Of a stretch of 63,105 nucleotides of DNA, positions 48,931-58,819 are shown piece after piece (position 1 is the stretch's first letter; each line of letters opens with the position of its first letter). The translations under genes and the position numbers were made by a program. Origin of the DNA: a virus (Duplodnaviria; Caudoviricetes). The stretch spans positions 1 to 63,105 of IMG/VR virus record IMGVR_UViG_3300036831_000039. The stretch is one strand, 5' to 3'. The notes beneath the pieces are model-generated. The model had not been told where the DNA came from, ran no database searches, and saw nothing but the letters and a program-made list of their open reading frames with translations.

Positions 48931-50088
48931 CTACATACCTCCACAGCTAGGATTGTTACATCCTGGCACTTTACACACACCGCTAAGAATGCTCTCTGCA
49001 TGCCTACGAAACCCTTTACCGTCAATTCCAGCCTCTTTCCATTCTTCAGGAGTAAGTGGTTCAGCAGGATTTGAAGTTAAATGTGATAGAAAGGAAATTG
49101 ACTTGTGGTTAAATGGTATATGACTCAAAACCCATTCAGCAGTGCTATTATTCATGTTATTAATGGCAAATCTCGCCTTATCAGAGAGTTGTTCGGGAGG
49201 AGTTCCGTAGTTGATAGCAAAGTACAGTGCTGTACGGTATAGATTAAACATAAGACTAACGTATACCGGATTGCTGAGGACTGAGCCAGGAAGTACCCTA
49301 TACTCGACTCCGTGTGTATGGTGGCGATAATCCCTTTTTTCTAGGGCAGTTGCGCCCACAGTAATTGTCGGAACTGGATATTCTCGGTATCTGAACTCTC
49401 CCGCACGGCCATAGGCTTTCCGCCTTAAAATCTCCATCTTAGGCTCATCGGGAGATACCAGTACCCAGGTACAGCCTACCAGAATGTCTGCCCAACGGAC
49501 CAAATCATAGGCTACTTTATCAGTCTTGAGCGATGGATGGGTGAGGTGTAGGTGACCACCAGTTGTCCGCATCCGTTCCGATAGATAAGACGGATCACCA
49601 CAATCATCATAAATATTCAGACTTGGAGAGCAGCCCAGCCGCTTAACATCGTCCGGGGCAGCTTCTTGATCTTTTTTAGGGATGGAATACACAGCAGGCA
49701 TTTCAATAGTAAGCTTAGAGCTACCCACTAGTGATTTAGCGGTAGACAGTGCCACTCCTAGTCTATTCATAATTACATCTAGGCAATAGTGAGGCGGGAT
49801 GCACAACTCCATAGCGTATCCATCACCGTGGAAATCGCTTCTAATCGAGGAGTGTAATTCAGTGGGAAAGCTAACTTTAGGATTATATGGCTCACGTTCC
49901 TGGGGGAAACCTACCTCATGTGGCCAAATGGTTTTGAGCCTATGAGATTTTGGATCACGATGCTTGAAAAGCATTTCCGTATCCATTCCTAGAAGTACCA
50001 AACTATCTGAAACTGTCTGGTTTTGTGAAGAGAAAATGTTAAGGGCAAACTCATCATCAAACGGCATTTTAATCTTATCTTCTGTCAT
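48931..50088 (-). CDS. phiEco32-like COOH-NH2 ligase type 2
   Basis: LGMDTE, DG.A.EL, LGCSP, RTTGGHLH, RR.AYG.AGEFR, GVEYRVL. Confidence 0.88.
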   Translation of the reverse strand: MTEDKIKMPFDDEFALNIFSSQNQTVSDSLVLLGMDTEMLFKHRDPKSHRLKTIWPHEVGFPQEREPYNPKVSFPTELHSSIRSDFHGDGYAMELCIPPHYCLDVIMNRLGVALSTAKSLVGSSKLTIEMPAVYSIPKKDQEAAPDDVKRLGCSPSLNIYDDCGDPSYLSERMRTTGGHLHLTHPSLKTDKVAYDLVRWADILVGCTWVLVSPDEPKMEILRRKAYGRAGEFRYREYPVPTITVGATALEKRDYRHHTHGVEYRVLPGSVLSNPVYVSLMFNLYRTALYFAINYGTPPEQLSDKARFAINNMNNSTAEWVLSHIPFNHKSISFLSHLTSNPAEPLTPEEWKEAGIDGKGFRRHAESILSGVCKVPGCNNPSCGGM

Positions 50089-50349
50089 TAATTCATCCTT
50101 TTTGCTTATCCGATTCTGCCAATGTGTTGGAGAATTTCCTTGACGGCTGCGTCTGACATAAAATATCCCTTCTCTACTACGGTAAGGTTGTTAAGTTGTT
50201 TACCATGCGGTATGAGATTTTGTAGCCCGTACTAGTGGGAAAATCACTAGCGTAGTTGTATAGGTCTTGAAAGAAAGTTAGTGAACTGTTGTATGAGGTA
50301 TATATGATTTGTTTACTGTTGTTCCTGGCAATGACCCATTCAATGAATA

Positions 50350-51012
50350 TCATGGCGCATCACTATCTCCTAGCCAATTATGCCAATGAGTGGCGAAGTC
50401 TTTACTATTCATGATTTCCGTGCTAAGTGAGGAAGCAAGTGACAATCCCTCATAAAGCTCACAACGCTCTTCAGGAGTGAATTGGTCAAATCGATTATTG
50501 CTAGGAAGCTTGTTAATTAGCTCATTTAACTCATTAGCTGCAACGTATGCAAGGTAATCGTAATCATCACTCTCGATTCCCCATACGGAAGATTTTTCCA
50601 GTTCTTTCGTTCCCTCATAAATACTAACTATAACTCCAACGTAACCCCAAACATTCAAACAGTAATCTTGAAGTCGCTTAAAATCTTGATCTACCGCGTG
50701 TTCCATGCTTGTCAAATCTGAGACATGCTGAGAATGTTTGTCACAGCACCAATGTTCTCTGGCTGCCTTTAGCATAGTTGCCTCATAGTCGTAATATAAT
50801 CGTAGACTACCTTCCTGAGTTAGGATTCTTTCCCCTTCATAGGGCAGTCGTCTAGTCCAAGTAGACACTATTCCGTGTCCGTCCTCTTCTCTCCAAGGCT
50901 CGTTCATCGTGTCATCGGGCTCAATGGTCACGATCGCGAATCGACCGCCGCCTAGCTCAATGTTTGTCCCAAAAACAATGTCCTCTGCTGAAAACATTCC
51001 AGACTCCTTCAA
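50350..51012 (-). CDS. Early hypothetical protein
   Basis: PW..EDGHG, WGYVGVIV, SVWGIESD motifs. Confidence 0.6.
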   Translation of the reverse strand: MKESGMFSAEDIVFGTNIELGGGRFAIVTIEPDDTMNEPWREEDGHGIVSTWTRRLPYEGERILTQEGSLRLYYDYEATMLKAAREHWCCDKHSQHVSDLTSMEHAVDQDFKRLQDYCLNVWGYVGVIVSIYEGTKELEKSSVWGIESDDYDYLAYVAANELNELINKLPSNNRFDQFTPEERCELYEGLSLASSLSTEIMNSKDFATHWHNWLGDSDAP

Positions 51013-51091
51013 ACGGAAATTTACCGGACCGTTGGAATAAGCTTCTGAGCTCGATTGTTATAGTAGCTGAAAGCGAGCCAGGAAGCCTTTA

Positions 51092-51349
51092 TTATGCTCT
51101 CCATGTAATTCTTGGCCAATTAAATTCAAAGGTAATCGAGTTACGGTAGACCATAGCCTTTCCCGTTTTAATCCATGTGCTATCATCACCGCTAGTTTGA
51201 CCTCCGTACCATTTAACCCTATTCCAACTAATAGTCAAGTGATACCCCGGTAATTCATACATGTATTCACTATCTTCCCAGCGTCGAAAGGTTAATCCTA
51301 TAAGGGGCAAGGCATGGTAATTGGAGCAATTAGACATATATAATGGCAT
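51092..51349 (-). CDS. Early hypothetical protein
   Basis: AAGGAG RBS; TAATG overlap. Confidence 0.5.
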   Translation of the reverse strand: MPLYMSNCSNYHALPLIGLTFRRWEDSEYMYELPGYHLTISWNRVKWYGGQTSGDDSTWIKTGKAMVYRNSITFEFNWPRITWRA

Positions 51350-51687
51350 TACTTAATCTCCTTTAGGCGTCGCTTTTTGGGCTGTTGGAGCCCTGTTCCG
51401 TTGCAGGACTTGCACTTCTCATACTGACCACCTGCTCCGCCCGGAACACGTACATAACCGGACGATTGAACACACTCAGTACATTCCTTCTCAGCGTGAC
51501 TATTCATGGTCATTCTTCCTTTCATCGTTTTCCACCACAAACTAACGGGCCAATTCAGCATAGGAATTTTTGAGTAATCTACCCGAAACGGATCATCAGT
51601 TGAAGAGTTTTCAGGCTCCGAAACAGTTCTGTGTACAATCGCAGAGCGTGAAACAGTGTGTTGAATTTGATAAAGACTAGTTGCCAT
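51349..51687 (-). CDS. Early protein with C-terminal DnaJ-type Zn finger (may be two genes)
   Basis: CTEC...CKSCNGTG. Confidence 0.45.
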   Translation of the reverse strand: MATSLYQIQHTVSRSAIVHRTVSEPENSSTDDPFRVDYSKIPMLNWPVSLWWKTMKGRMTMNSHAEKECTECVQSSGYVRVPGGAGGQYEKCKSCNGTGLQQPKKRRLKEIK

Positions 51688-51695
51688 AATAATAG

Positions 51696-51884
51696 TTATC
51701 CTTCCTCTAGCACGGATGCAACAATCAAGTAGCCTACTGAGCTAATAGTAATTGTGCCCAACATACCAACAGTAGTGATCTTAGCTAGAATGTCTGCCAC
51801 TACTACAACATTAGTAAGATCGGTAGCATTGGCTTTGTGTGCACGTTTAATCAGTCGAAGTCGAAGGGCGTATAAAAACTCCAT
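51696..51884 (-). CDS. Small membrane protein after a G10 tract
   Basis: Hydrophobic C-half. Confidence 0.45.
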   Translation of the reverse strand: MEFLYALRLRLIKRAHKANATDLTNVVVVADILAKITTVGMLGTITISSVGYLIVASVLEEG

Positions 51885-52254
51885 GAACGCCCCCCCCCCT
51901 AAAGTAGCCGATAAGAGGTTTTGTAGTTAGTGGATGGAAACCATGAGCCGATACTTTCCTGGTCCGCGCAGAACGCATACAGGTTCTCATAGTTTCGAAT
52001 AAAAGTAGTTTTGCTGCGATTAGAAGATATTACCCACTCTACTCTAAATCCAGCGGACGAAAAAAGTTGGCTACTCATCGTATTTCTCCAGTGTGTCTTC
52101 ATGGTCAGCGTTGTTAGTGATGCTGTGCATGATCCCGGCTGCGAACGTGCTAAGTCCACCTAATCCAAGGCACAATATCACAGCCGTGATTAGCGCTCCG
52201 ACTCCAATTACCTGTGAGAGTGGCGTGACTGCAAGTGTTAGCATGATAGTACCT

Positions 52255-52473
52255 CTAAGGCGCGATTAGGACAGCAACAGCGGCGATCCCGATAGCTTTG
52301 CTTGCAGCCAAAAAGGTACCAAGAGCCTCAGTATTTGCCAGATCACTGCATGCTGCTACTAGTTTATCAAAAACCTTCTGATCGCCCTCATAGGAACGAT
52401 CAGAGGATTCCATAATGTCAAGGAATTTGGAAAAAAGGTCAATAACTCGTTGCTTCTTAGTTTGGCTATACAT
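52255..52473 (-). CDS. Early hypothetical protein
   Basis: GGAG RBS. Confidence 0.5.
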   Translation of the reverse strand: MYSQTKKQRVIDLFSKFLDIMESSDRSYEGDQKVFDKLVAACSDLANTEALGTFLAASKAIGIAAVAVLIAP

Positions 52474-52475
52474 GA

Positions 52476-52946
52476 TTAATTCTCTCCATCTTTCTTCATC
52501 AGAGTTTTTCGATATTCTTCCAGACCGGCCTCGGATAAGTGCTCACAATCTTCGTCAATCTGTTCATACCGCTGCAAATCATAGTAGGAGAGATTGCTAA
52601 TTTGGTTATCAAACTCTCCTTCTGTCATCCACAGATCAAACAACTCTCTGTCAGTGTGTGTTCTACCTGGTTGCGGAACCGACTTCTCCCGCCAGTGCCC
52701 GACAGAAGCTATACGGGTCTTAATGACTTCAGCTATTAGTAGATTATCCACAAAATTAATACTTCCCTGGACTACGACGAGGGTATCGCCAGAATATATG
52801 ACGTTGGAGTACCAATTATCCGAAGAGTTGAGCACGTTGGCCCGAAGAGTAGCCAGAGCCTCATCGATCCATGCAGTAATTGTGTTATCCTCGATTGAAT
52901 CGCCCCTCCAAGGGTCGGTCTTAAATACAAGTTCGTAATTGTTCAT
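52476..52946 (-). CDS. Early hypothetical protein
   Basis: GGAG RBS; 156 aa. Confidence 0.55.
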   Translation of the reverse strand: MNNYELVFKTDPWRGDSIEDNTITAWIDEALATLRANVLNSSDNWYSNVIYSGDTLVVVQGSINFVDNLLIAEVIKTRIASVGHWREKSVPQPGRTHTDRELFDLWMTEGEFDNQISNLSYYDLQRYEQIDEDCEHLSEAGLEEYRKTLMKKDGEN

Positions 52947-53135
52947 GGCTTAGGTTCTCCAGGCCCCTTGAGCTTCTGCATCAGATCCAAAGTAGGTCAC
53001 ATTAATTTTCATAGCTACCCCTATGTAGAAGGCTAATGGTTAATAATCACTGGAAAGAACTTCCAGCAGAACACGACGCCAAAGATGAATGCTACGATGA
53101 GCGGTAAGATGACAGGGGAGGGCGAGCGAGGCGAT

Positions 53136-53348
53136 CTATGCTGAAATTCCATTTGCGAGAACGTCACGAATAATCTCCCCTAACTCATTCATTGTTGCGG
53201 CTTCAAGGAATGTAGGATGAATTGCCCGTAATGGGGCACAATCGAGGGCAAATCGGATTAGCGCTTTAGCCTGCTCTTCTGTCATAATTACTTGCACTTC
53301 ACGAGGCGGAGGGGGCTGCGGAGGTGGAGTAATTAAAGTTGCTCTCAT
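53136..53348 (-). CDS. Early hypothetical protein
   Basis: ATGA overlap; AAAGGA RBS. Confidence 0.5.
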   Translation of the reverse strand: MRATLITPPPQPPPPREVQVIMTEEQAKALIRFALDCAPLRAIHPTFLEAATMNELGEIIRDVLANGISA

Positions 53349-53635
53349 CGTTTGGTGTCCTTTCGATTAACATAAATTTCCGTTTCATCGGCCAATTCAA
53401 CAGGATTAAGTTTGCACTTAAACACTCGTGCTCCCTTGTACTTGTTAGCAATCGTTAGAGCATCAGACTGCCGACTGAAGGCAGCAATTAACTCCTGATT
53501 ATCAAGATAAACTACGTAGCCCAAAGGCATAACAGGCTCCTTTTCTCTTGTTTGTGGTGTTCTAAGGAGCGGTCGAGCAGTTCCGGGATACTCCTGCTCT
53601 TTCGCTAATTTAATCCCTCTATTGACAGCCTGCAT
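53345..53635 (-). CDS. Early hypothetical protein (start uncertain)
   Basis: ORF; internal AAGGAG RBS before MPLGY. Confidence 0.45.
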   Translation of the reverse strand: MQAVNRGIKLAKEQEYPGTARPLLRTPQTREKEPVMPLGYVVYLDNQELIAAFSRQSDALTIANKYKGARVFKCKLNPVELADETEIYVNRKDTKR

Positions 53636-53771
53636 GCTGTCTCAACCTGCTTCAAGCAATGTTAGGTTCGCCTCAAACTCCGCGACCGCTTCTTGGAAAT
53701 CCATCCAGTCTGTGAGATCCTCCAGATCCCTTAGCAGCTCGTCATCCATGACACAGTCCTCCCTACTAACG

Positions 53772-53799
53772 AAAAAAGCCGCCCCCGTTAAGGAGCGGC
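53772..53799 (-). terminator. Intrinsic terminator after the first early gene
   Basis: GCCGCTCC-TTAAC-GGGGGCGGC followed by TTTTTT on the - strand. Confidence 0.8.
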
Positions 53800-53829
53800 C
53801 TGGAATGCCCGTAAGTGTGTGAGATCGGG

Positions 53830-54210
53830 CTAAGATTCCACGTTGAACTTCTTAGCCAACTGGTCGAGCATGGTGAACATCTTAAGATTAACATCGGCCT
53901 GAGTAACTCTAATGCCTACAACCTGCTCGCGGGAACGCGGCTCCTTGATAATCATCGCGAACGTGGTCAACTGCTTCTCGCCCGCATTGAGCACCCGCAT
54001 GACACGATACGGCCCGTATTCCTTGCCGGTCTGGCCACTCACGACCCTGACCATATCACCCTCCCGCGTTTCGGGCTCAACTTCGGCGAGCTTGATCGGG
54101 CAGCTAAACTTATCGGCCCATTTGCCCTGACGCTGAGCGGGCGCGTGCTGAACGGGAACTTCGGGAGCGGCGGAATTGGCGGTAGCGGATTTCTTGTTAG
54201 ACATAATCAC
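53830..54210 (-). CDS. First early gene, hypothetical
   Basis: AGGAG RBS, own terminator, G/C-ending codons. Confidence 0.7.
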   Translation of the reverse strand: MIMSNKKSATANSAAPEVPVQHAPAQRQGKWADKFSCPIKLAEVEPETREGDMVRVVSGQTGKEYGPYRVMRVLNAGEKQLTTFAMIIKEPRSREQVVGIRVTQADVNLKMFTMLDQLAKKFNVES

Positions 54211-54422
54211 AAATTCTCCTGATTGTTAGTTGTTAATAATAGCTAGAAAACGTTTTCTAGCAGGTAAAATCACTAAGGTAATTTGGTAGTCTCTCCTACC
54301 AGTCACGCATAGTAATTAGGAACTTAAGAACTTGTCTTAGAGCTTCCTGACTGCCGCGTTCCAGATGCCAGCAAGTTAGGTCCGCCAACTCGAAAAAGCA
54401 CATGAAAATTTCGTCAAAGAGC

Positions 54423-54435
54423 TAAACTACTGATT
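54423..54435 (-). promoter_or_regulatory. IHF-consensus site
   Basis: AATCAGTAGTTTA matches WATCARNNNNTTR. Confidence 0.4.
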
Positions 54436-54534
54436 CTAAACGCAATTCTCCCACAAACAGAACGCTCGTTCGGCTAAATTTCCATAGGATTTCCACAGGC
54501 CGAAAGTGTTATTGTGAGGAAAGTCGGGCCTGGT

Positions 54535-54550
54535 AGCAAGGAATGTGCCA
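54535..54550 (-). promoter_or_regulatory. Sigma-54-type -24/-12 element facing the early arm
   Basis: TGGCACATTCCTTGCT equals TGGCAC-N5-TTGCW. Confidence 0.55.
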
Positions 54551-55125
54551 ACTCGCCTACTCATTAAGAATGGAATATATGGAAATCACGAACTATTTAA
54601 TTCCGTATATAACTCTATACCATTCTATCATTCCACGTGTGCGGACATCCATTATCGGGATATGGAACTATTTACTTCCTCCCCCTAAAATTACTGCCCG
54701 CTCACAAGAGGCAGCTAATATTATCCGCAAATCCGCAAATACTTTTTTACGGCACAAAGGTTGTTTGTGAAGTGCGATAGTGTGGTGTGCGGGCCGGGAT
54801 TGTGCGAGGGGTAGCCGGTATGGATCGGTCACAGAGGGGGGTAGGCTCCATACAGTTATTTTTTTTTAAAAAAAATTAATTAATTATTATGGGGAAAATA
54901 AAGGAAAGCTATTATAGTTCCTCTCTCGTGTCTTACATCCTTTATAACAATCTAGACCCCCTATTTCATTCCACACATCCACATCCGGCCCGCTTTTATA
55001 GAACTACCACCTAAGACTATAGCTAATTTGTGGAAATAGTAGCTAATGGTCCGCTCTCTCTACGTTCGAGCGGGTGTAAGAGTATGTGGGTATTTATTAT
55101 ATTTAATTTAGTGTATAATTACTTA

Positions 55126-55815
55126 GTGGCCAAAGACTTTATCCAAACTTCCGCTATAATTAAATCCGATAAATCCGAGCGCATTCCCCAACGGAAAGAT
55201 CCTGTATATAAACAGTATATTCGTGAAATCGGGGGCCGTAAGGGACTAAGAGGACTAGCAATGGCCTCTGCCAATCCCAAGGCTGTCCAGTTACTAGAGC
55301 TATTGGATGATGAATCCTACAACACTTGGGGCGTAAAGAAACTCTTGCAGGCTGCATCTATTACCTTTAATGAGGCTCTCCAATTACGGGATGAGCGGAG
55401 TCGTAATCTTGCGGTGTCTACTATGATCTCGCGACTGCCAGAACTGGCAGAGGATTTAGTGGAGGATGCTCTTACCCGAAGAATGGTATGTCCTATTTGC
55501 CAGGGTAACCGAGTTATATTCAAATCAGACAAGGATAAGGGTGAGTATGCAGTTGTATGCGATGGTTGTCGCGGATTCGGTGAACTAGTCCAGAAGGGTG
55601 ATAAAGACGCTAGACAATTGGTAGCCAAAGCTACTAAGATAATTGACGACAATCCTGGCGTACTAGTAGACGCTCGTACTCAGGTTAATCAAGTATTCCA
55701 GAATCCATTAGGTAGCAGCTTTGAAGAAGCTATGAAGAAGGCAGGCAAACTAATTACTCTAACTCCTAGAAAGGTAGACAATGAAAATAGTATTATTGAA
55801 AGCGAACTTGTCTGA
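55126..55815 (+). CDS. terS: Putative terminase small subunit with DnaJ-type Zn finger (probable leaderless GTG start)
   Basis: First gene of the late arm, upstream of terL; CPICQG...CDGCRG.G; TATAAT lies 6 nt before GTG 55126. Confidence 0.5.
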   Translation: MAKDFIQTSAIIKSDKSERIPQRKDPVYKQYIREIGGRKGLRGLAMASANPKAVQLLELLDDESYNTWGVKKLLQAASITFNEALQLRDERSRNLAVSTMISRLPELAEDLVEDALTRRMVCPICQGNRVIFKSDKDKGEYAVVCDGCRGFGELVQKGDKDARQLVAKATKIIDDNPGVLVDARTQVNQVFQNPLGSSFEEAMKKAGKLITLTPRKVDNENSIIESELV

Positions 55816-55971
55816 GATTAAACCGCCACTGGAAGATATTGCTAAGTGTTTGCGAGCTATTTGCAAGTTTAATAATATTCCACTAGAAGATCCAGTCGTT
55901 CCCGAGTTTGAACCGGTATCCTATACCACAGACGAATACACTCAGATAGTTACAGAACATAAATCCAAGTA

Positions 55972-57237
55972 ATGTACGCTCGCTCTATTATAGATATGAA
56001 TTTAGCCTCATTCCAAGACGCTATGGGAATGCGGCTGATGCACTATGATTTCGATTTCATTCGGAACGTAGTAGAGGATCTAGAGAAGCTTCCTACCGAA
56101 AAGGATAAGTGGGGTAGGCCTATCTATGGAGATAATGGCCCGTTCAGTCGCCCACTTACTACCGCTGAGTGGGAATTTATAAATAATGAGCGTATAGTTA
56201 ATAAGTTTGACTACCTACATTTCTTTGAAAACTATTGTCATGCATTAATTGTAAAGCCTGGGGATAGTCGTGACCAGCGGGTTGAGCCAATCAAGAACCT
56301 TCTTGAATCTCAGCGAGTGCTACACAATCTCATGGCTGAACGAGAAGAACTTATCTACCAGGAAATGCTAGAAGGAATGCCCATTGACGGAATCCTTATA
56401 GCTATGAACAAAGCCCGCCAGCTTGGAGCTACTCAATATGGGCGTGGCGCTTCAATGCATCGTGTTTTATTCTGGGATGATACTCCGGCAGTAGCAGCTT
56501 CTGTAGACGACGAGATGGTACACACTTTATACTCTAGAGATAAGGTTATATTTGATAACCTCCCATGGTGGCTAAAGCCTTCTGTAGAGTATGATGTTAA
56601 AGATGCTCACCTCTCATTCGGAGGATTACAATCTTCAGTAACCTATTTTCAGGCTAACCAAAAAGGCGGGCTCGGGACGGGTAAGACGCTATCAACTGTC
56701 CATCTTACAGAGGTTGGTCTATGGGAAGCACAGGCAGGATTAGAATCCGTTAAGCGAATTAGATTCGATCTGTTGCCAACAATCCCGCAGTCATCTAAGA
56801 CCCTAGTATTTTTTGAGTCTACAGCTAATGGACGCAACAATTACTGGCATAGATTCGTAATGGACGCATGGGAAGGTAAGAGTAGATTTGTAGCCTACTT
56901 TTGCCCCTTCTATGCGGAGCCCGGAAAGTACAAGCGTCGTCCACCTGAAGGATGGAATCCAGCAGATCACACTAAGAGTATGATTGAGCAAGTAGAACGT
57001 ACCTCACCTTCTTACATGGGGTACACGGTACGGCTTTCCGCAGAGCAAGCTTACTATTGGGAATCCGAGTATGATTCAGCTAAGCGTAACGGGGAGCTTG
57101 GATCGTTCCTAGCAAATTACCCTGCTACTCTCGAAGAGTCATTTCAGCACTCGGGCTCTAAAGCATTTTCATTAGACTCTATACAGCATATTCGATCTAC
57201 TGTTAGAGCTGGTATGCCATACGAACTTATAGGATAA
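55972..57237 (+). CDS. terL: Terminase large subunit, ATPase domain
   Basis: KARQLGAT Walker A, G.GKT..VHLTE Walker B, FESTANG, YPAT.EESF. Confidence 0.9.
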   Translation: MYARSIIDMNLASFQDAMGMRLMHYDFDFIRNVVEDLEKLPTEKDKWGRPIYGDNGPFSRPLTTAEWEFINNERIVNKFDYLHFFENYCHALIVKPGDSRDQRVEPIKNLLESQRVLHNLMAEREELIYQEMLEGMPIDGILIAMNKARQLGATQYGRGASMHRVLFWDDTPAVAASVDDEMVHTLYSRDKVIFDNLPWWLKPSVEYDVKDAHLSFGGLQSSVTYFQANQKGGLGTGKTLSTVHLTEVGLWEAQAGLESVKRIRFDLLPTIPQSSKTLVFFESTANGRNNYWHRFVMDAWEGKSRFVAYFCPFYAEPGKYKRRPPEGWNPADHTKSMIEQVERTSPSYMGYTVRLSAEQAYYWESEYDSAKRNGELGSFLANYPATLEESFQHSGSKAFSLDSIQHIRSTVRAGMPYELIG

Positions 57238-57251
57238 GAAAGGATAATTCT

Positions 57252-57626
57252 TTGAATCCATGGATAGGAGTAGATTTCGACGGGACATTATGTTTTGTAG
57301 ATCCTAATAACCTAGAGGAAGAATGTGGTAAGCCGTTGGAGCCAATGGTTGCACTAATCAAGCGATTACGTAAAAGCGGCAAAGATGTACGCATATTTAC
57401 AGCCCGGGTAAGTAAGAATAATTTTCCCATCGATCACCCGTGGTCCGATGTACAGAAGTCTATTAGATACCAACGAAAGATAGTTCAGAACTGGTGCCTT
57501 AAACATATTGGGGAAGTATTGCCAATAACGTGTGAAAAAGATTATTACATGGAAAAACTATATGATGATCGTGCAGTTCGTGTCGGGTATAACACAGGAT
57601 TTCTTTTAAACGAAGATAATAGATAG
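57252..57626 (+). CDS. HAD phosphatase (polynucleotide 3'-phosphatase-like)
   Basis: VDFDGTL, FTAR, EK, YDDRA; AAGGA RBS with TTG start. Confidence 0.85.
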   Translation: MNPWIGVDFDGTLCFVDPNNLEEECGKPLEPMVALIKRLRKSGKDVRIFTARVSKNNFPIDHPWSDVQKSIRYQRKIVQNWCLKHIGEVLPITCEKDYYMEKLYDDRAVRVGYNTGFLLNEDNR

Positions 57627-58513
57627 TGATAGAACAATCCCTACAGAACGCTGTTCCTCAGCAGATAATCGGGCTTAACCAGCGATTACAGCCTAAGCTA
57701 CAGCTATATAAGCCTGAACTTATCAACAGGCTAACTCCGGCCCAGGCACGAGGAACTATTTGGCTATTCCACCTGCCTAACCCTAAACTCCGCTACATAA
57801 TCGGGGCTGATCCTGCTGTGGGCATTCCCGGCTGGCATCCATCTCTCAAAACTGAGAAAGATACTTCCAACGATAATTCAGCGTTAACTGTGTGGGGAGT
57901 TTACAAAGAAAACATATTACAAGTAGCCGAATTTGCAGCGCCCATAGAACCAGCAGAATTTGCAAAGGTTATCAATGCTATAGGACGCTACTATGCTGGC
58001 AGTGATCCGCTCAAGATGGCTCACGTAATTCTTGAAGCCTGTGTTGGTCCGGGGCCCGAATGTGAACGTGCACTCCTTGGAAAGTATCACTACTATAACT
58101 ATTATACCGAGCGTGATATTCAAGGATTTGATCAAACTAATATAGGCAAACTTGGATGGCGTCCGTCATTACAGTCCAACAAAGATATTTCCATTAATGC
58201 CCGTAAGATTATGGAGGCTAAACTTCCTATAGTGCGCTCTCCGTGGCTTGCCGAAGAATTGAACGATGCGGAGCTAGATACTGAGAAATGGAAGATTCAT
58301 GTTCCCGAAGGTGGAGGCCAACACGACGATAGATTACGCTCAGCTATGCTCGCGTGGTGGTGTGCTTATGGGGCAGAGATTACTATACCAACACCAACTA
58401 TACAGCCCGAAGTAGTTCCTATGAAGGGTTCCAATTGGCAGGCTATGGATGTATCTGCAAAAGAAATGAAGCAGCGGTGGAATCAAAGATGGTATGAAAT
58501 TGTGCGTAGTTAA
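57626..58513 (+). CDS. terL: Terminase large subunit, RNase H-like nuclease domain
   Basis: YIIGADPA.G, DNSA, QVAEF, LGW, HDDRL; TAGTG coupled start. Confidence 0.88.
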   Translation: MIEQSLQNAVPQQIIGLNQRLQPKLQLYKPELINRLTPAQARGTIWLFHLPNPKLRYIIGADPAVGIPGWHPSLKTEKDTSNDNSALTVWGVYKENILQVAEFAAPIEPAEFAKVINAIGRYYAGSDPLKMAHVILEACVGPGPECERALLGKYHYYNYYTERDIQGFDQTNIGKLGWRPSLQSNKDISINARKIMEAKLPIVRSPWLAEELNDAELDTEKWKIHVPEGGGQHDDRLRSAMLAWWCAYGAEITIPTPTIQPEVVPMKGSNWQAMDVSAKEMKQRWNQRWYEIVRS

Positions 58514-58554
58514 TGGTACAATATATAAATTATTATTTATTTGGGAGGAATATA

Positions 58555-58761
58555 ATGCCATTTAAAAGTAAAAGCCAGGAACGATACCTATACGCTAATC
58601 ATCCAGACGTAGCTAAAGAATTCCAGGCGGCTACAGGTAATGATGCTGCACTGCCAGAGAAACTAGCTAAAGTTGGTAGCGGTAAGCCCCGCACACGCAG
58701 AACTTCTATGCGAGATTTTGATAGTGGTATGTTACATAGTTCAGAAATTAATAAGAAATAA
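58555..58761 (+). CDS. Small phage protein (MPFKSKSQ type)
   Basis: GGGAGG RBS before ATG 58555. Confidence 0.65.
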   Translation: MPFKSKSQERYLYANHPDVAKEFQAATGNDAALPEKLAKVGSGKPRTRRTSMRDFDSGMLHSSEINKK

Positions 58762-58819
58762 TCAATATATATTTGTTGTATTAATTATTAATTACTGATA
58801 TTATGGTGGTTTAATTAAT

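Noticed and set aside
55030-55125. N-terminal hydrophobic extension of TerS
   Set aside because: It is a translation of AT-rich promoter DNA; GTG 55126 fits better.
57238-57700. Group I intron or intein interrupting terL
   Set aside because: No space or motifs for a ribozyme core, the passenger is a HAD rather than an endonuclease, and the downstream part has its own coupled start.
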